Under the pieces are notes generated by a model. The model saw only the letters and a list, made by a program, of their open reading frames with translations, had not been told where the DNA came from and did no database searches. From Trichoplax adhaerens (lineage: Eukaryota > Animalia > Placozoa), in assembly GCF_000150275.1 (NCBI RefSeq), contig NW_002060944.1:943232-1007231 (forward strand): DNA of 64,000 bases, in the 5' to 3' direction. The position numbers and the translations under genes were made by a program. Below, piece after piece: positions 26,685 through 41,343 of the stretch (its first letter is position 1; the number at the start of each line of letters is the position of its first letter).

Positions 26685-27170
26685 TGTGATGGAGGGTTCA
26701 ATATCTCAGAGGATTGAGATTTAGTGGCCATTTACAATTATTACAACAAAGGGTTTATAAAAGTTATGCTTTATTGTAGGTTAGTAATGTGAAGTACAGT
26801 GAGGTAGTTACGGTAGATCACCGTGCAAGCTGTCGTGAGTAACGAGTAGAAGTATTAGACTGTGAGAGACTAACTAGAAGACTAACTGAGAGGCTAACGA
26901 ACTCTGAGGTAGAAATCGCCGGTATTTATAGTTTTAAAGATAGAGCACATGCAGAGAATAGGATTGTGAAATTAGATACAACATATACCATAACAGGTTA
27001 CAAAATAGCAGATGATTGTAGAAAATAGCGAGTACCGTAATAACTAAATACAGTAGTCTATATATGAATGTAGAGTAAGCGGACTGTAGATCTGTCTAAA
27101 TATAAGAGCAATACAACATGTCTATATTTAAGAGTGGAATATAGTTACAATATATTCTAAATACATTACA
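26685..27170 (-). mobile_element. Solo LTR copy 1 (486 bp), TSD CTCAG
   Basis: TGT...ACA termini; CTCAG at 26680-26684 and 27171-27175. On the minus strand a TATA-like ctataaata (~26922-26930) lies upstream of AATAAA (~26770). Confidence 0.88.
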
Positions 27171-28115
27171 CTCAGGAATGAGACTTGTCTGTACAGTATA
27201 TAGAGGAAAGAATTACAGAGAAGGAAGTATTGCTTAGTCTAGTTAGATTCCAGAACTTGTGAAAGTATAGAGTTGTCACTGGTTGAAAATTTAAAAAATA
27301 GGGAATAAAAGTATCTACATTGATTAAATATATTTAAGGTTTATAAAGTTTGCTCGTGTAAAAAATAGTCAGATTACCTATACTAATCCTTACTCACACT
27401 AATCCTCCAGTAAACGAAGTACGTAACAATCTTCACGCCTCTAAATCTTCCCTTTTCCGTTAATGATCACGCAAATTGTAATAGGTGTAAAATCATGAAA
27501 TGGCATTATAGGATTGGATTTCCTACATAGAAGAATTATTTTTATCAATTCTAATATGCACTCATGATTTATAATGGATTAAGTCGTTCTTTGAGACAAC
27601 AGCAATGATTGTCATAACTTGAGTAATTATAAATTTATTCGTATTCTTTATATGATTTTATTAAAGGATAATTTTTATTGGACCAGAGTTACGGTAAATC
27701 ATAAATGAATTACGAACACCTACTAAGAAACTGACATTAATCAAATTTGCGATGATTAAAAATCGTTTTAAGCTCCAGTCGATTTTTCCACTGTATGCTT
27801 GGTATTAATTGAATGCGATACTATTCTAGCTGTAGGTACTAGAGAACAGATAGAGAGCTCAATCTGTCCACAACGAATATTAGAAAATCCTTACTCTAAC
27901 ATCGTACATGGTACACTAATAAAGGACTTTGTGTGTAGGTATTAACCAATCACATAATCCTTTAAAAACACTACAGTTATTCTTAATAAGTACCTCAAAT
28001 TTTTGACATAGAATGCCAGGTACATCATTATAAAGTATAGACTGATTTAGCGACTGGTATGCTCACGTAATATAATTTAGCATTGGCATCATAGATTATT
28101 TACTATGTTTAGTAT

Positions 28116-28574
28116 TGTGACGGAGGGTTCAATATCTCGGAGGATTAAGATTTAGTTGCCATTTACAATTAGTACACCAAAGGTTGTATAAAAGCTATAC
28201 TTTATTTTAAGTAGTAAAGTAAGTACAGTGGGGTAGTTGCGGTAGATCAGCGTGCAAGCTGTCGTGAATAACGTATGAAGACTAACCAAGAAACCAAAGA
28301 TTTCTGAGGTGGAAATCGGCGGTATTTATAGTTTTAAATATAGAGCACATGCAGAGAATAGGATTGTAGAATTAGGTGCAACATATACCATAACTGGTTA
28401 CAACATAGCTGATGATTGTAGCAAACAGCGAGTACTGTAATAACTAAATATTGTACAGTAGCCTATATATGAATGTGAAGTAAGCGGACTGTAGATATGT
28501 CTAAATATAAGAGCAATACAACATGTCTATATTTAAGAGTAGAATATAGTTACAAATTTTCTAAATACACTACA
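28116..28574 (-). mobile_element. Solo LTR copy 2 (459 bp), TSD AGTAT
   Basis: Homologous to copy 1 end to end; TGT...ACA termini; AGTAT at 28111-28115 and 28575-28579. Confidence 0.88.
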
Positions 28575-31420
28575 AGTATGATGTAGCACGATAGCGTAGT
28601 TTCTATATTTATCATAAGGCATATTTCCGAACTCATGCGGGAAGTAAAAATAGACACTTAACTTATATATTAGGATATAGATAGTTCGTTATCATTTGGC
28701 TAGTCGAAAAATAATATCTGCGTAAGTACGATAGCTGTATAGCGTATTGGATTCGAAGCGTAGATGCTTCATTGTAAGATTTTGTTGTTTATATAATTTA
28801 AATATTTATAAAAATAAGGTAGAATATTGGTATGCGGATTGAATTACTACGAAAAGCATTTAGGCAGGCAACTTTGGATTATTATTAGTTCTTTCCGGAA
28901 GTCAATTCTAGTTGTTATATTCGGCTACAGTAGAGCTATTTGCAGATTATCTTTCAATAAAAATCGAATAAAGTTCTAATTTTCTGCAAATTTTAAAATT
29001 TCGTGATCAGATCTATCACAGTTCATTGTAAGAGTCTTTATTCAATTATTTTGAATATAGGGATTCACATGCTATTTAAGTTATTCTGCTTTGTATCATA
29101 TTCTAACTGCTTTTCGAATACTTTTCGGAAATGAGGACAAAAATTGATTTTCAAGATTCTGTACGCAACTCTCTACCTTCGTTATCACAATATCAAAACA
29201 TCTGTTATGCTGAATGTTTTGTTAAATAGTATAATTCAATTCAATACCGTTTGACTGCTTTTATTATCATAATTAAGAAACATTTCTATATTTGATGTGC
29301 CAGTAAACAACTCAATTTAATATCATATTATTAGTTTCATCGTCGTAATCCAGAATTAGATCCTTGCGTTAGGTATTGATCCGTCATCAGATAATTCAGT
29401 CTAAGATCATGCTAATACCTATTTCGTCCAAGGCACTATCAAATTAATATATTATTATCATATCTTTACCTTCAGAATTATAAATGCAGAAAGTTTTTCA
29501 TGCATGATACGGTTACTGATTTATCATCAAATAATTCACCTTAAAATCGTATTGTTACTTCATTATAGTAATAACGTTTCATAATTTAATTATCTTGTTT
29601 TGAAACTAAAGCTTAGAATTTCACGCAAGCAATGTCCATCTATGATACAATAAAAATTATTTATTAAGATGTTATATAGCAAATCTATAATGATGATCGC
29701 AGCCAACATTAATTTAATTTATTTGCTATCCAAAAATTATAATCGAACTATAACTGTAGGTCAATTCTTGTGAAATTCGCTGTAGATGGAATAGAAAATA
29801 TTCTATTCGTGTTCTTGATATAAAGAGCAGCGCTACGTACCTTAGGTCATCTTAAACTACCTTAAACTGGCTTAAGCTAATAGTCATACTTTAGGTATCT
29901 AATATGAATTGTTATTACTTTAACTTACTTGGCTTTAAAATCATTTAATAATATCAAAATCATTTCGTCAGCATAATAAATTTAGAATGGTAAGACCTAT
30001 TTTTATAGGTGTCTATTCCATGTTCAAGATTGACAGTCGCTGACTATATGTATTTTTTTAAGCACTAGTGCAAACTCCCGTCGCTTTGCTGACGGTTTAC
30101 GATAATGTGCTCATTTAACAAATAGTATTACCATTTGATAGACCTATCAGAGGTTCAGTAACTTTTTACCGTGTACTCTGTACTGTTTCCATTTTTGGTA
30201 GTGACTAATGCTTGTCGGTGTATTTTCTGTTCAAGTGAATTTCTGTTGTATTAAAATTCGTACTACGGTAGTACTTATGTATCAATATTGAAGTGATTCT
30301 TATTTATTAGTTTCTTCCCTTTCAATATCACCACAAATGCATTAGCATCATCACGTGCCTAGCTGCAGATAATGTAGAAAGCGACTATAAATACTTGGTA
30401 TACGTAGGAAATTTGGGAAAATTACTTATACGAGTAATCATAACTCTATAGGCTTAGTCAAGAAATTAAAAGGCCGACAGATCTTCATTTCATCATCTAA
30501 CTTACGAATTAAGGTTGTAGTAATACAGTAGCGACTACGATATATCTGGATTAAGGCGTTGGCTATCACTGGATTCAGTTTGATAAATATAAAATATTGA
30601 CTCATTGGCAATCAAGATCTCAATATTAGTGGATAAGTCTTCAAATATCAGATTTAAGGCATCCTCCTATCTACTACTATTACAGGGTTAGCTCGAATAA
30701 TCTAAGGCAAAAATTGGTTCATTAGAGTTCGAATTCCCAATAATAATAGATTATCACTAAATAGTCGACTATATTTATCCTAAAGTATGTCACTATTAAT
30801 TAATAATTAATATAAGGACCATTATTAAGTTCAACTCACGGAATATAAAAAATTATCTTAGAAACCTTTAAATTCCTAAATAAATCATTTCAGTTATTAT
30901 TAGATTCAGCTCAACGGATGTTGAGAATACTATATTACCTCATTAGTTTCATACTTTCAAATATACCTTTTCAATTATTTATCGCTAAATTCGGTTCGAC
31001 GAAGATATATGATTGTCTTATTAGTGCAGTCTTCAAATTCTCAAAGTACGCCTTAATTATTAATTATTAGATTCAGCTAGAGGAAAGATAAATAATTGTC
31101 TCATTAGCACAGTCTTCAAATTCCTAATTTTAGTGGATTAATCAACAAAAATAAGTATCATTTGCCAGTCAACATTGCACAATTATGATCAGATTCGACG
31201 AGTGAAATCCCTTGTTAGTCTTTAAATTCCGATATATACAGATGAGGACTTGGTAGCTGATTATTTAGTGTACACGCAGACCTTTGAATATACAAACATT
31301 TATAAATGGCTTTAACTCAATAAACATAAAGTTTTCCTCCTTAATCTTCAAATTCTGAAGTTTTAAGGGATTAATAATCGTATAGCCGATTACCTTTATC
31401 GATCTTCTCTCTTTCGAAGC

Positions 31421-32464
31421 ATGAATATCAGCAACAATACTACAACGCCAATAAGTATAAATGCCACAGCATCTGCTGGATTTCAATACATAGGTGGCGT
31501 TGTAACTCAAGTATTATTTGGAATAATTGCAATCCTATCGATTGTCGGTAATGCCTTGGTTTTAGCGCTCTTCTCATACAGTAAACAACTTCGAAACTAC
31601 TCCCATGGGATTTTAATATGGAATTTAGCTTTAGTAGATCTCTTAACCGGTATCTTTATTATTGTTACACCAGCACATATTATTCGTGAAGCTTATCCCG
31701 ATCCGCCACCAGGTTTAGCTGGAAGTTTATTTTGTAAACTGATTGGTGTTGAAACATTTACCTTTAGCTTTGGTGTGATTTCCATGTCCATTTTAGCTAT
31801 CTTGAGTCTAGAGCGACGTTATGGCGTTGTCAAGCCATATCTTCATGCACGTTATTTCCGTAGGAATCGTACTAAGATCATGATTGTATTTGCTTGGATT
31901 TGGGGGATTATCTTAAATGTGACGAATATAATTCAAGGAGTACATCATCAAGGCAGCCAACCTCCGTGTGGATGGGAGAGCTTAGCTGGTGGACCGATTG
32001 TGCAGAAGACAGTTTATGGCATTTTGTTTGTCTTGCGATTTCTGCTGCCTTTGCTATGCATCGTTATCTGCTATGCCAATATATTAGCCCACATGAGATC
32101 AACTATTCGTGATTTAACCGAAGCAATGGATAAAAAAGAGACGGTAACCTATAAGATTGCCAAGAAAGTAACCATAACATGCGCTGTAACATCGCTGGCC
32201 TTTCTACTGTGTTGGCTACCAAATCAAATTTATTTTACTTTAATTAATTTTCAAGCGGCAACGATCAATTCCGATATTCACTTTGTAACCAAATTATTGA
32301 TTCTATTCAATTCCTGTATCAATCCCTTCATTTACGTCAGTATAAATCATTATTATCGTCAAGAATTTATAAAAATGATGAGGTTAAATAATTATTCAGG
32401 ATATAAATCTCGAGCAGCGATGATGTCATTATCACTTGCAAATACGAATAGCCCGACAGAATAG
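31421..32464 (+). CDS. Intronless class A (rhodopsin-family) GPCR, 347 aa
   Basis: Seven hydrophobic segments; GN (TM1), NLALVD (TM2), ERRY (TM3), FLLP (TM5), CWLP (TM6), NSCINPFIY (TM7); N-glycosylation sequons in the N-terminus. Confidence 0.96.
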   Translation: MNISNNTTTPISINATASAGFQYIGGVVTQVLFGIIAILSIVGNALVLALFSYSKQLRNYSHGILIWNLALVDLLTGIFIIVTPAHIIREAYPDPPPGLAGSLFCKLIGVETFTFSFGVISMSILAILSLERRYGVVKPYLHARYFRRNRTKIMIVFAWIWGIILNVTNIIQGVHHQGSQPPCGWESLAGGPIVQKTVYGILFVLRFLLPLLCIVICYANILAHMRSTIRDLTEAMDKKETVTYKIAKKVTITCAVTSLAFLLCWLPNQIYFTLINFQAATINSDIHFVTKLLILFNSCINPFIYVSINHYYRQEFIKMMRLNNYSGYKSRAAMMSLSLANTNSPTE

Positions 32465-33088
32465 AAAAATATTTCTTATCTTACTCTACCATAAGCTTAG
32501 AAAATTCGAATGGATATCTATGTAGTTATTATTTATTTAATGTACTGTACTTGTATCTGTATAACTTAGTGTGTTACTAATCCATGATTTATACGATAGA
32601 TAAGCAATCCAACGCGATATGAGTAATACTTTTGCATTTCACATTGACTACCTGCCGTATTTTCCCTTTGAGTTGGTTGTTGATTACGAGGCATTTATGG
32701 TACTTTTACTATTATTAATAATAAGAATATATATTTTAAAATTATAGATAAAATATGTTAGTATATAGCAAATTGGCGGTAACTTGTACACAATTGGTTA
32801 GAAATCACTTATTCGTAGCGCATAAAATTGTTAATCCTTGCTTACAAGTACAAATCATCTGAATATATCTACTACAAAACTTAATCACAAGCACTTTTAC
32901 AAATCCGATCATTAGCATATATATTGCTAATATATGAAATATCGCCAATTTATTTTGTAAATCTGTAGACTTTAAGTTATATTTTTACTTAAATTCTTTG
33001 TCATTAAGATAGTCCTATACATTATATATTTTTACTTGTCGAATAGCTGTAATGCGAGGTATTTGTTTCACAGTTATTACGATAATAG

Positions 33089-33460
33089 AATCACATTTTA
33101 CTTTCGATATCGCTGTATTTGTAGACTTGAACCCTTCTGCTTTTAAGTTTATTTGCTCAAGAATTAAATACTTCTATCATGAAATACATTTATTAATAGT
33201 GGCAGGATACACATACTTTAAATAAAATCACATTTTTACTTTCGATATCGCTGTATTTGTAAACTTAAGTTCTTCACCTTTAAGTTTACTTGCTCATGAA
33301 TTTAATACTCTTATGATGAAATACATCCATTAAATTAATAGTGATAGAGTATAACCTTGCATTAATAAAATCATATTTTGCTTTCGATATCGTGGTACAT
33401 GTAGACTAAAGTCCTTTACCTCTAAGTTTATTCGCTCAAGAAATTACTCCTATGATGAAA
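33089..33460. repeat. Three diverged tandem copies of a ~140-bp unit
   Basis: aatcacattttactttcgatatcgctgtatttgtagact...atgaaa recurs at about 33089, 33226 and 33368. Confidence 0.8.
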
Positions 33461-36400
33461 CCATGAAAAACTAGATAGTATATCTAGTATCACATAAATG
33501 AAACACATCTATTAATATTAGTAGTTTGCCATTGCATTTGAAAAACGTACGATATGTCTTGGAGTGGAATCCTGTACGATTATTAAACATAAATCACTGC
33601 AAATTTTCTCTAATGATAACGTGCGATATATATGCTGTGTTATACTTGAATTTACTTATCAGCACGATGTTCATCTACTCGATTTGCTAAATTTTTTATT
33701 TTCTATTTTCCGGTAATCAACTTTTTAACTTGAAAGATCTATCAAAAGTTCTAAAGCCCTATGTTAATCCATACAATCCTTTAGATACATCAATTTTAAA
33801 CAGTACAGTATATATAAAATAAGGCCAAAGGAAGCTAAGTAATAGATTTTCTTTCTAAATTTCGATATCAACTGAAATTATGTATACTATTTTTGCGAAT
33901 ATGCTTAAATGATAGCATTACACATACACATATACTAATTAAAGAAGATCTGTAACATTTTCACAGTACGCTATACTCAAGAATAATATCTATTACTTTA
34001 CCCTCGGCTGTTTCTTTAATTGAAATACATTTATAATCCTTTTGCAAAAACATCTCTGCAAAACGAAAATTGATATTACAAATTGTATTCAGTATCACCA
34101 TTTTAAACGCTGTGACTTAGCAAAAAATGTAGTGCTGCAACACATATAACACACTCTAATTTACAAAAACATGTAAGGTATCGTATAATTAAAGTTAAAA
34201 ATTTTAGACCAGTTGAAAGCGACCTAGAGTATGATACTATACATCTTCGATTAACTTAGATTAAGATATGTATAAATATATTCTTCCAATTTGAAAAATA
34301 TTTGTAAATTCTATGATAAAATTTCCAATTATTATATCAACTACCTACCCAAACAGTTTATGATTTCTACTTTTTCAAACGTTATTGCAGGATCGACACG
34401 CTATTCATAAAAGGCATATAATCCATTTGAAATAGTTATACTTGTTTAACGCTATCAAAAGCAATTTCATAACGTTATTTATAACTAATTAATGCCATTA
34501 CAATTCGCTCAGTTACTCAACTAATATAAATATCTGTAGTCAAAAAATTTGGGGCAGCAAACTCTGAATTACTATGCCCACTGCTGCAACTGTCTAGTTA
34601 ATGGTGCTTTATTCTAATATTTAGCGTACTGTAAGTGAGATTTCAAACTAGATTCTGTCCAAAGCTGACAATCCTTAAATTTTTTTTATTGACTAATTCT
34701 CTAGATAAAAGTGTTCATAGTTTAGCAATTACTATTAACTTAAGTGATGTTGACAGCTCGACTTCTTTAACTCGTTGAAAGGGATAGTAGAATTGCTACC
34801 AGTTTCAGTAAAATATCACTAGGCGATTTGCGGTACGTACGTACTGGAAATATCTTCCGTAGTCAGAACCACAATCGACTGGTCTAGACAATAAATTAAG
34901 TGTTCAACTTAAAATGAAACCATAAATCTAATTTATTAACCGAATCGGTAATCGTTCAAATAGCTATTTTGACGTTATTTATCGGTGATATTCCATCCAA
35001 AATGTTCCATTTAGGACTTCTCTAAACTCTAATCTAGTCCTATTAAATGCAGAATTAATTTGGAAGATATCCCCGATCATCCTTAATTCTTATCTAACAC
35101 ATTTAATATGTATAAGATTTTAATCTAGAATATTCAAAATTTTATTTACAAAATTACCAATCGGGTTTATAATATATCAGCAGATAATATTAGCATCTGC
35201 TAAACTACTTCCTTACATCTATATTCAGAAATCTACCGCTAAATCTAGGAATTATCATCTTAAGGGAATAGTATCTATCTACTTAAGGTTATAGCTTTAT
35301 AACGTCAATATTGCTATGACCGATCTTGGTCATACTGCATGTATTTAAACTATATTTAGCAGTAGAATAATATAAGAACCTGGATGGAAGTCTTCATCCC
35401 GCTAAATCTACATATTTGCATAAATTGACTCCTCACAGTAATTTAGCCCCGTGACAAACGTCAATAATTGATCGCTTTAGGTATACAGCCAGCCAGTACA
35501 TATGGTGGTTTGACAAATGTTGTAAATTAAATACTTATGCGTGGAATGATTGCTTCACAGGTTACTATATGAGAAGTACCTTAGTACCCTGTATAAGATT
35601 TAATGGCTATATCTTTAAAAATATCAGTTATAAGGTAAGAATCGAGTATCTTATCCTATCCTTAGAAATCAATCCGTTTTCATCAACTGCAAAATTACTT
35701 AATTGATATTTACTAAACGACAAGCATGTAGAATATGAATTTTGCTAGGCTATCATCATGTGTCACAACTGAAGTTACTAATACATTCAATATAGTGCTG
35801 CATTTTAGTAAAGTATAATATCAGGGTAAAGATTCAATGGGCAAAAACAAAAATCGAGGTAAAGAAGTAAGATAATAAAGTTTAGTTTTGGGGGTAAGTA
35901 ATGAGGTTTCTAACATACGCGTAAATCTTATTGTTACAACTGTCAATATTAACAATGAAATTCCACACTCTGTGGAGATTTGTGGCTATTGAAATACCTT
36001 CTGAACAACCTTTGGATATACCAATTTAATAATCAAAAATAGCCATGCCGTTACTGTATTTGATAATTAATTAATAGCTTAATTAATGATGTAATTAGTC
36101 GGATAATGGCTCATAGTATCACTGTTGAAATTATAGCAATATCGAGACTATCTTATCATAATTATTACGCAATTATGAAGGTTTTTCTGATAAATTTGAT
36201 GAATTACAAAAGTATTACGTAAGATCTAATTAAAGTTTCTATTGAATCTTAAATTTTAATGCTTTTTTTTCTTCTAAAATAGATTAGCCTATTAATAGGC
36301 GCCATGGATGATATTAATTAATTATTTACGTTTCATATGGATAAAGTACTCATTTTAATCTTACAAGATACCCTATTTCATTATTTGAACCCAATTAAGG

Positions 36401-38389
36401 TCAAAGCGATGTATTTTAGGAAATAGTTGTAGTAAATCTCTTACATATATTTGCATTTCAAATTTTATCGTTGCTTTTTGCGTATGAAAATTAAACTTGC
36501 ATATCGTTTATTAGCCAATATTTTTAGACAGCTGCTACAGGTATCTCCAATTCGCAACCTGAATCCAATTATATCTACCATCGCATTTAATTAAAATGCT
36601 AAAGCATAGCACAATAATATATTCAATACCAATCAGTAAAATCGCCATATTCATAGATTAGGGATATCGCAGATTAGAATAAGTGTAATTTTTTATTTGT
36701 AAATACTATAAATTTATTATATAACTAATCATTTTAAGTTGATAATGGAAAATATTAATAAAATATTCAAATGCTTTACATATTGTTTACGTGCGATACG
36801 AAATAATTTTTCTGTTTCAGTCACGTAATTAATCATACCTGGAACTAGCAAAGAGTACAAGATTATAATAGATATTTTCTTTCTGAATGCTGCATAAGCT
36901 ATCATTAACTTGAATTATAGATCTTGTTTGCATCATTGAAAGTAGTTAAGAGCTTATAAGTGCACAAGAAGCAGCACATACAAAATATTACAAATATAAT
37001 AGATCTGTTTACTAAGTTGGCATGCCTTTGCTAAGCCTTTCTACAAGCCAAATTCAACTTTATAAACTAAATTTTATATTATGTAACCATGTTTAATAAT
37101 TATTAATTCATGGAACTATTTCCATTTCTCTGATATTATTTCTATTATCTGAAGCTGCTATCGGAAAATCCTACTATCCACACATTCGCACGTCATTGCG
37201 TATCATTTTGATGGTAAGAATTTCAGATATGACCATGCTAAGGAGTCTACTGTTAAAGAAATGTATTTAATTAAATTAATAATTGAAAAGGTTATTGCCA
37301 CAGAAGTAAAATCATCAAATTCAAGAAACTTATCATGTGAAGTAAACCATATCCTTAATGCCCCTCTAATTATATATATCAAGGTTGTTCTTTTGATCAT
37401 CAAAGTAATACCTTTATAAAACAATTTTAAATTTGCTAATGGCGTAGACGACTTTATTTTCCTTAGACATTAGATTAATTGACAGAAGATTGTTCGATTG
37501 TGAATAGTTAACCAAAATTTTACTATATTTCAATTACGATACTCGCCATCCTGTTTTGCCTACGGGCTTTTCTGTCATAATTAACACATTATAATTCAAC
37601 ACGATTACCTTATATCAAACTAATCTTTTCTAATCTATTCAAATAGGCTAATACATTTTTCTGTATTAGGATATATTGTTAAATTGATCAGCAGTGAAAA
37701 TAAAGGCCAAACATGTAATAAATTATTAATATCATTAATTGGTATTGACCCTATGAATAATTAATCTATTATTAATAACGGAATATGAAATGGCGCCTGT
37801 TCAATTCTAGCAAGTTGCACTGTTCACTGCTAGAAAATTTATTCTATATAGACCCTTGCATATCTTTCTTGCTATAGATCTTTTACAGAGTTTCCTTAGA
37901 AGTTGATCATTACTTGAAGTCTCCATCCAATGTTGGCAATGTTTGCAGCAGTTGTAAATGGAATGACAACTTAGATAATGTTAATTGACAATAAGACATA
38001 AAAAATTTCTTTCATTCTTTTATCGTCTAGAATTTTGTATAATAGGTATAAAAAGATCGCAAATTATCATCAGAGCCGCAACCAAGCTATCAATTTATAC
38101 CAAGGTTTCTTTTGCAATTTCGTAAACATATCGATATAGGAACTATAATAAAATTAGCAAAATTAATTAATATGTGCAATTATTTTTTGTTGCAGTGCTA
38201 TAAATTATGATTTAATTAGACGATACTTATATGCACAAATATAAAACTCCCACGGGACTATCCAAAGATCATATTGTCTAAAGTATGCTAGTACTTGGCT
38301 CCATACATGTGTAAAAGCAATATATCGCGTTATAATTACTAAAAAATTTCATTTAACTGCTAATTCACCTAATATTACATACTTGCCAA

Positions 38390-39000
38390 GACTAGACTAA
38401 GGTTTCATTAAAGGACATCGTATCGGAATAGTTCAAGGCTAATATTTAATTTTCTCAAGCAAATATTTGTTTATATCATGCCTGCCCTAACTTAATGCTC
38501 TTTTTCTTATTGTATCGTCCAATTTAATATCCGATTTAAACTATCTGTTTTCTGATTAATCAACGCTCATTCCGATTGCAATTATTACCATCTGTAAAAT
38601 AAATAGCGATATTAATTTAGCTATCTATGGCTACAACATATGAAAATTTAATCGCTCGGACTAAGGCTTTAATAAAATACACTGTATCGAAATGGTTCAA
38701 TGCTAATATTTAGTTCTCTCAATCAAATACTTATTTATATCATTGTATATCTTAAATTAGCAGTCTTTTCTTATTGAATATTCGATTTTAACTGTCTATT
38801 TTCCAAAATTGATCATACTCATTTCTATTATAGTTCTTAACATCCGCAAAATAGCGACATTAATTTAACTATCTATAGCTACAACATTTCAAAATTTATC
38901 CTAATACAATTCTATCAAACAATTATTTATTTATACTCGTATCATTACCTGTCCTAACTTAGCGGTCTTTTTCTTATTCAACAAATGAAAATTGATCAAC
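38390..39000. repeat. Diverged tandem duplication (~265 bp plus a partial third copy) just upstream of GPCR 2
   Basis: gactaagg...gctaatattt...tatctat(g/a)gctacaacat at about 38395-38640 and 38660-38888; partial copy cctaactta...ttttcttatt at ~38950. Confidence 0.75.
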
Positions 39001-39013
39001 CAATTTCTATATC

Positions 39014-40168
39014 ATGATGAATTTAACCAATTTTTCCGCTATTCCTAGCAATGCTACACAGTTGCCATCATCTGGCAATTATTCCAGTGGTCATAATTAT
39101 CTCGGTGGACTAGCGACGCAAATTTTCTTCGGAATTATTGCAATATTGTCAATCCTCGGTAATATAATCGTATTTGTCGTCTTCTTATACAGCCCAAGGT
39201 TAAAGAATCGTTCTCATGGCATCTTAATTGGAAATTTAGCTCTTGTTGATATGCTAACTGGCGTTTGTATTATCATTACGCCAGTTCATATTATCCGTGA
39301 AAATTTTCATCATCCACCACCTGGCATTGGTGGTACTATCTTCTGTAAAATTATCGGCTCAGAAATGATGACATTTAGCTTTGGTTTTATATCTATATAT
39401 ACATTAGCTGTGTTGAGCCTTGAAAGACGATATGCTGTGGTCCGACCTCCGCTTCATCGAAAGTATTTTTCGATTCGAAATAGTAAATTTCTAGTAGTAC
39501 TCGTTTGGATCTTGGGAATTGCTGTTAATATCGCCAATGTTTTACAAGCTTATTATAAAGGCGATAGCAATCCACCTTGTGGTTGGAAGTATCTCGTCGA
39601 TTCTGAATTCAGCATGATCCTTTATGGAATATTGTTATGTTTACGCTTCATATTCCCCATATTATGTGTCATTATTTGCTACTATGATATACTACGCTAT
39701 ATCCAACGAAAAGTACATCATTTGTTGCATTCCGTTCATAGGAAGGAATTTGCCGCCTATAAAATGAGAAAAAAAATCACAATTACGTGTGCTATAACGT
39801 CGATGGCATTTTTAGTATGTTGGTTACCCAATCAAGTTTATTTTTCATTTATCAGCTTTCGTGCTATTACTAGAAACAATGAAATTCATTTAATAACAAA
39901 GTTACTAATTTATTTTAATTCTTGTATTAACCCATTTATTTATGCAAGTACTAATCCCTATTATAGACGTGAATTTATTGATCTGTTCCATTTAAAATAT
40001 AAATTTTGTTGCATTGATTGCAGCAAGCAAAGCGCATTATGGAATTTTTCACGAGACTCTCATCGTAAAACCGACAACGACGAAAATGAATTGCACATGG
40101 ACAAAACTTATTCCGCAAAATCATTAAGGATCAGTCCATTCAGGGTCGAAGAAGCTAAAAGGATATAA
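39014..40168 (+). CDS. Intronless class A GPCR, 384 aa
   Basis: GN, NLALVD, ERRY, FIFP, CWLP and NSCINPFIY motifs; C-terminal Cys cluster FCCIDC (possible palmitoylation). Confidence 0.96.
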   Translation: MMNLTNFSAIPSNATQLPSSGNYSSGHNYLGGLATQIFFGIIAILSILGNIIVFVVFLYSPRLKNRSHGILIGNLALVDMLTGVCIIITPVHIIRENFHHPPPGIGGTIFCKIIGSEMMTFSFGFISIYTLAVLSLERRYAVVRPPLHRKYFSIRNSKFLVVLVWILGIAVNIANVLQAYYKGDSNPPCGWKYLVDSEFSMILYGILLCLRFIFPILCVIICYYDILRYIQRKVHHLLHSVHRKEFAAYKMRKKITITCAITSMAFLVCWLPNQVYFSFISFRAITRNNEIHLITKLLIYFNSCINPFIYASTNPYYRREFIDLFHLKYKFCCIDCSKQSALWNFSRDSHRKTDNDENELHMDKTYSAKSLRISPFRVEEAKRI

Positions 40169-41343
40169 ATACCTGGCTATTGATAGTCAATGATGAAATC
40201 TGTCTCTAGTTTTCCATACTGTAATGTACAAAGGAGTAAAATTGAAGTAGACTTTAAATGGATTATCGTATCTCATTATCCTGCTATCAGTAGAAATTGA
40301 ACTAAATCCTTCTGGTTTGACTAATTCTATTAGTCGAGCGTCAAGATATTTATTTGAACTTGTTCTACTAGCTTTTCTTTTCTTAAAATACCAATAAAAT
40401 ACCATGATACCTTATTAGCGACACTTTGTTATGAACAGAGTTATTGGAAAGCTTTTAATGTAGCAAAAGCCGCCATAATCAATTTTAGCGTTGTCATCTC
40501 GATAGCTAGATGAAGAAATTCTTCTTCCTTTACGTATATTCTTACTCTACCATTTTAAAACATATTATGGCAATAGATTACTTTCTCTCAAAATTTCATC
40601 ATTACTACAGAAATAGACTGTAGAATTATAAGTCTCCATATATAAATTAATTCTATATTTAACATCCACTCTCTTCTATGTTACGGCTTTCACGATTTAA
40701 AATATATCTGTATAGCATTACATTAAAAACGTCATTGTTCCAATATTCAATGTTTAATAATATAGTGTAGTTTTAATTTGCTTAACTATACTATGATAGG
40801 CTGTAAGCCCTTTTTAGGTCCAAGGTATTTCAGATATCATAACGTTTACAATTATACAATAATAAACAGTGACAAATTGTTAACTTAATTAAGAGCAATA
40901 ATAAAGGATAATAGCCAAATAAACCTTTCATATCCTTGATTGATTTGGACTTATTAGCGTAATTAATCCATTATTTATAACAGGATATGAGATGATCCCT
41001 ATTCTATTCGTAGTAAGCTACAATATTCAATGTTAGGAGTTATTTTTCTATATGGACCATGGCAAATAGTCTATGTTACCAGTTATATGAAAGTTTCCTG
41101 AAAATTGAATCGAAACCTTTAAGTTAGTATCTAAATATAAATTTTAGTATAAATGAAGTAACAATCTAGATATAGTTAATTCAGAAGTTAAACTTAAGTA
41201 TTCTTCTATTTTTATTGCATGTAATTATATATGGATAAGAGGTAGTAAAAGAGATCGCGAAAATCAAATTAGTATTGGTACCGAAAACAAGCTATCGATT
41301 CTTGTTTGAGCAAGCTGCCTTCAGAGGTTTTCTGTCAATTATG

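Noticed and set aside
26685-28574. A single TRIM/LARD element with two LTRs flanking a 945-bp interior
   Set aside because: Each LTR has its own distinct TSD, the outer flanks do not match each other, and no PBS or PPT is visible inside.
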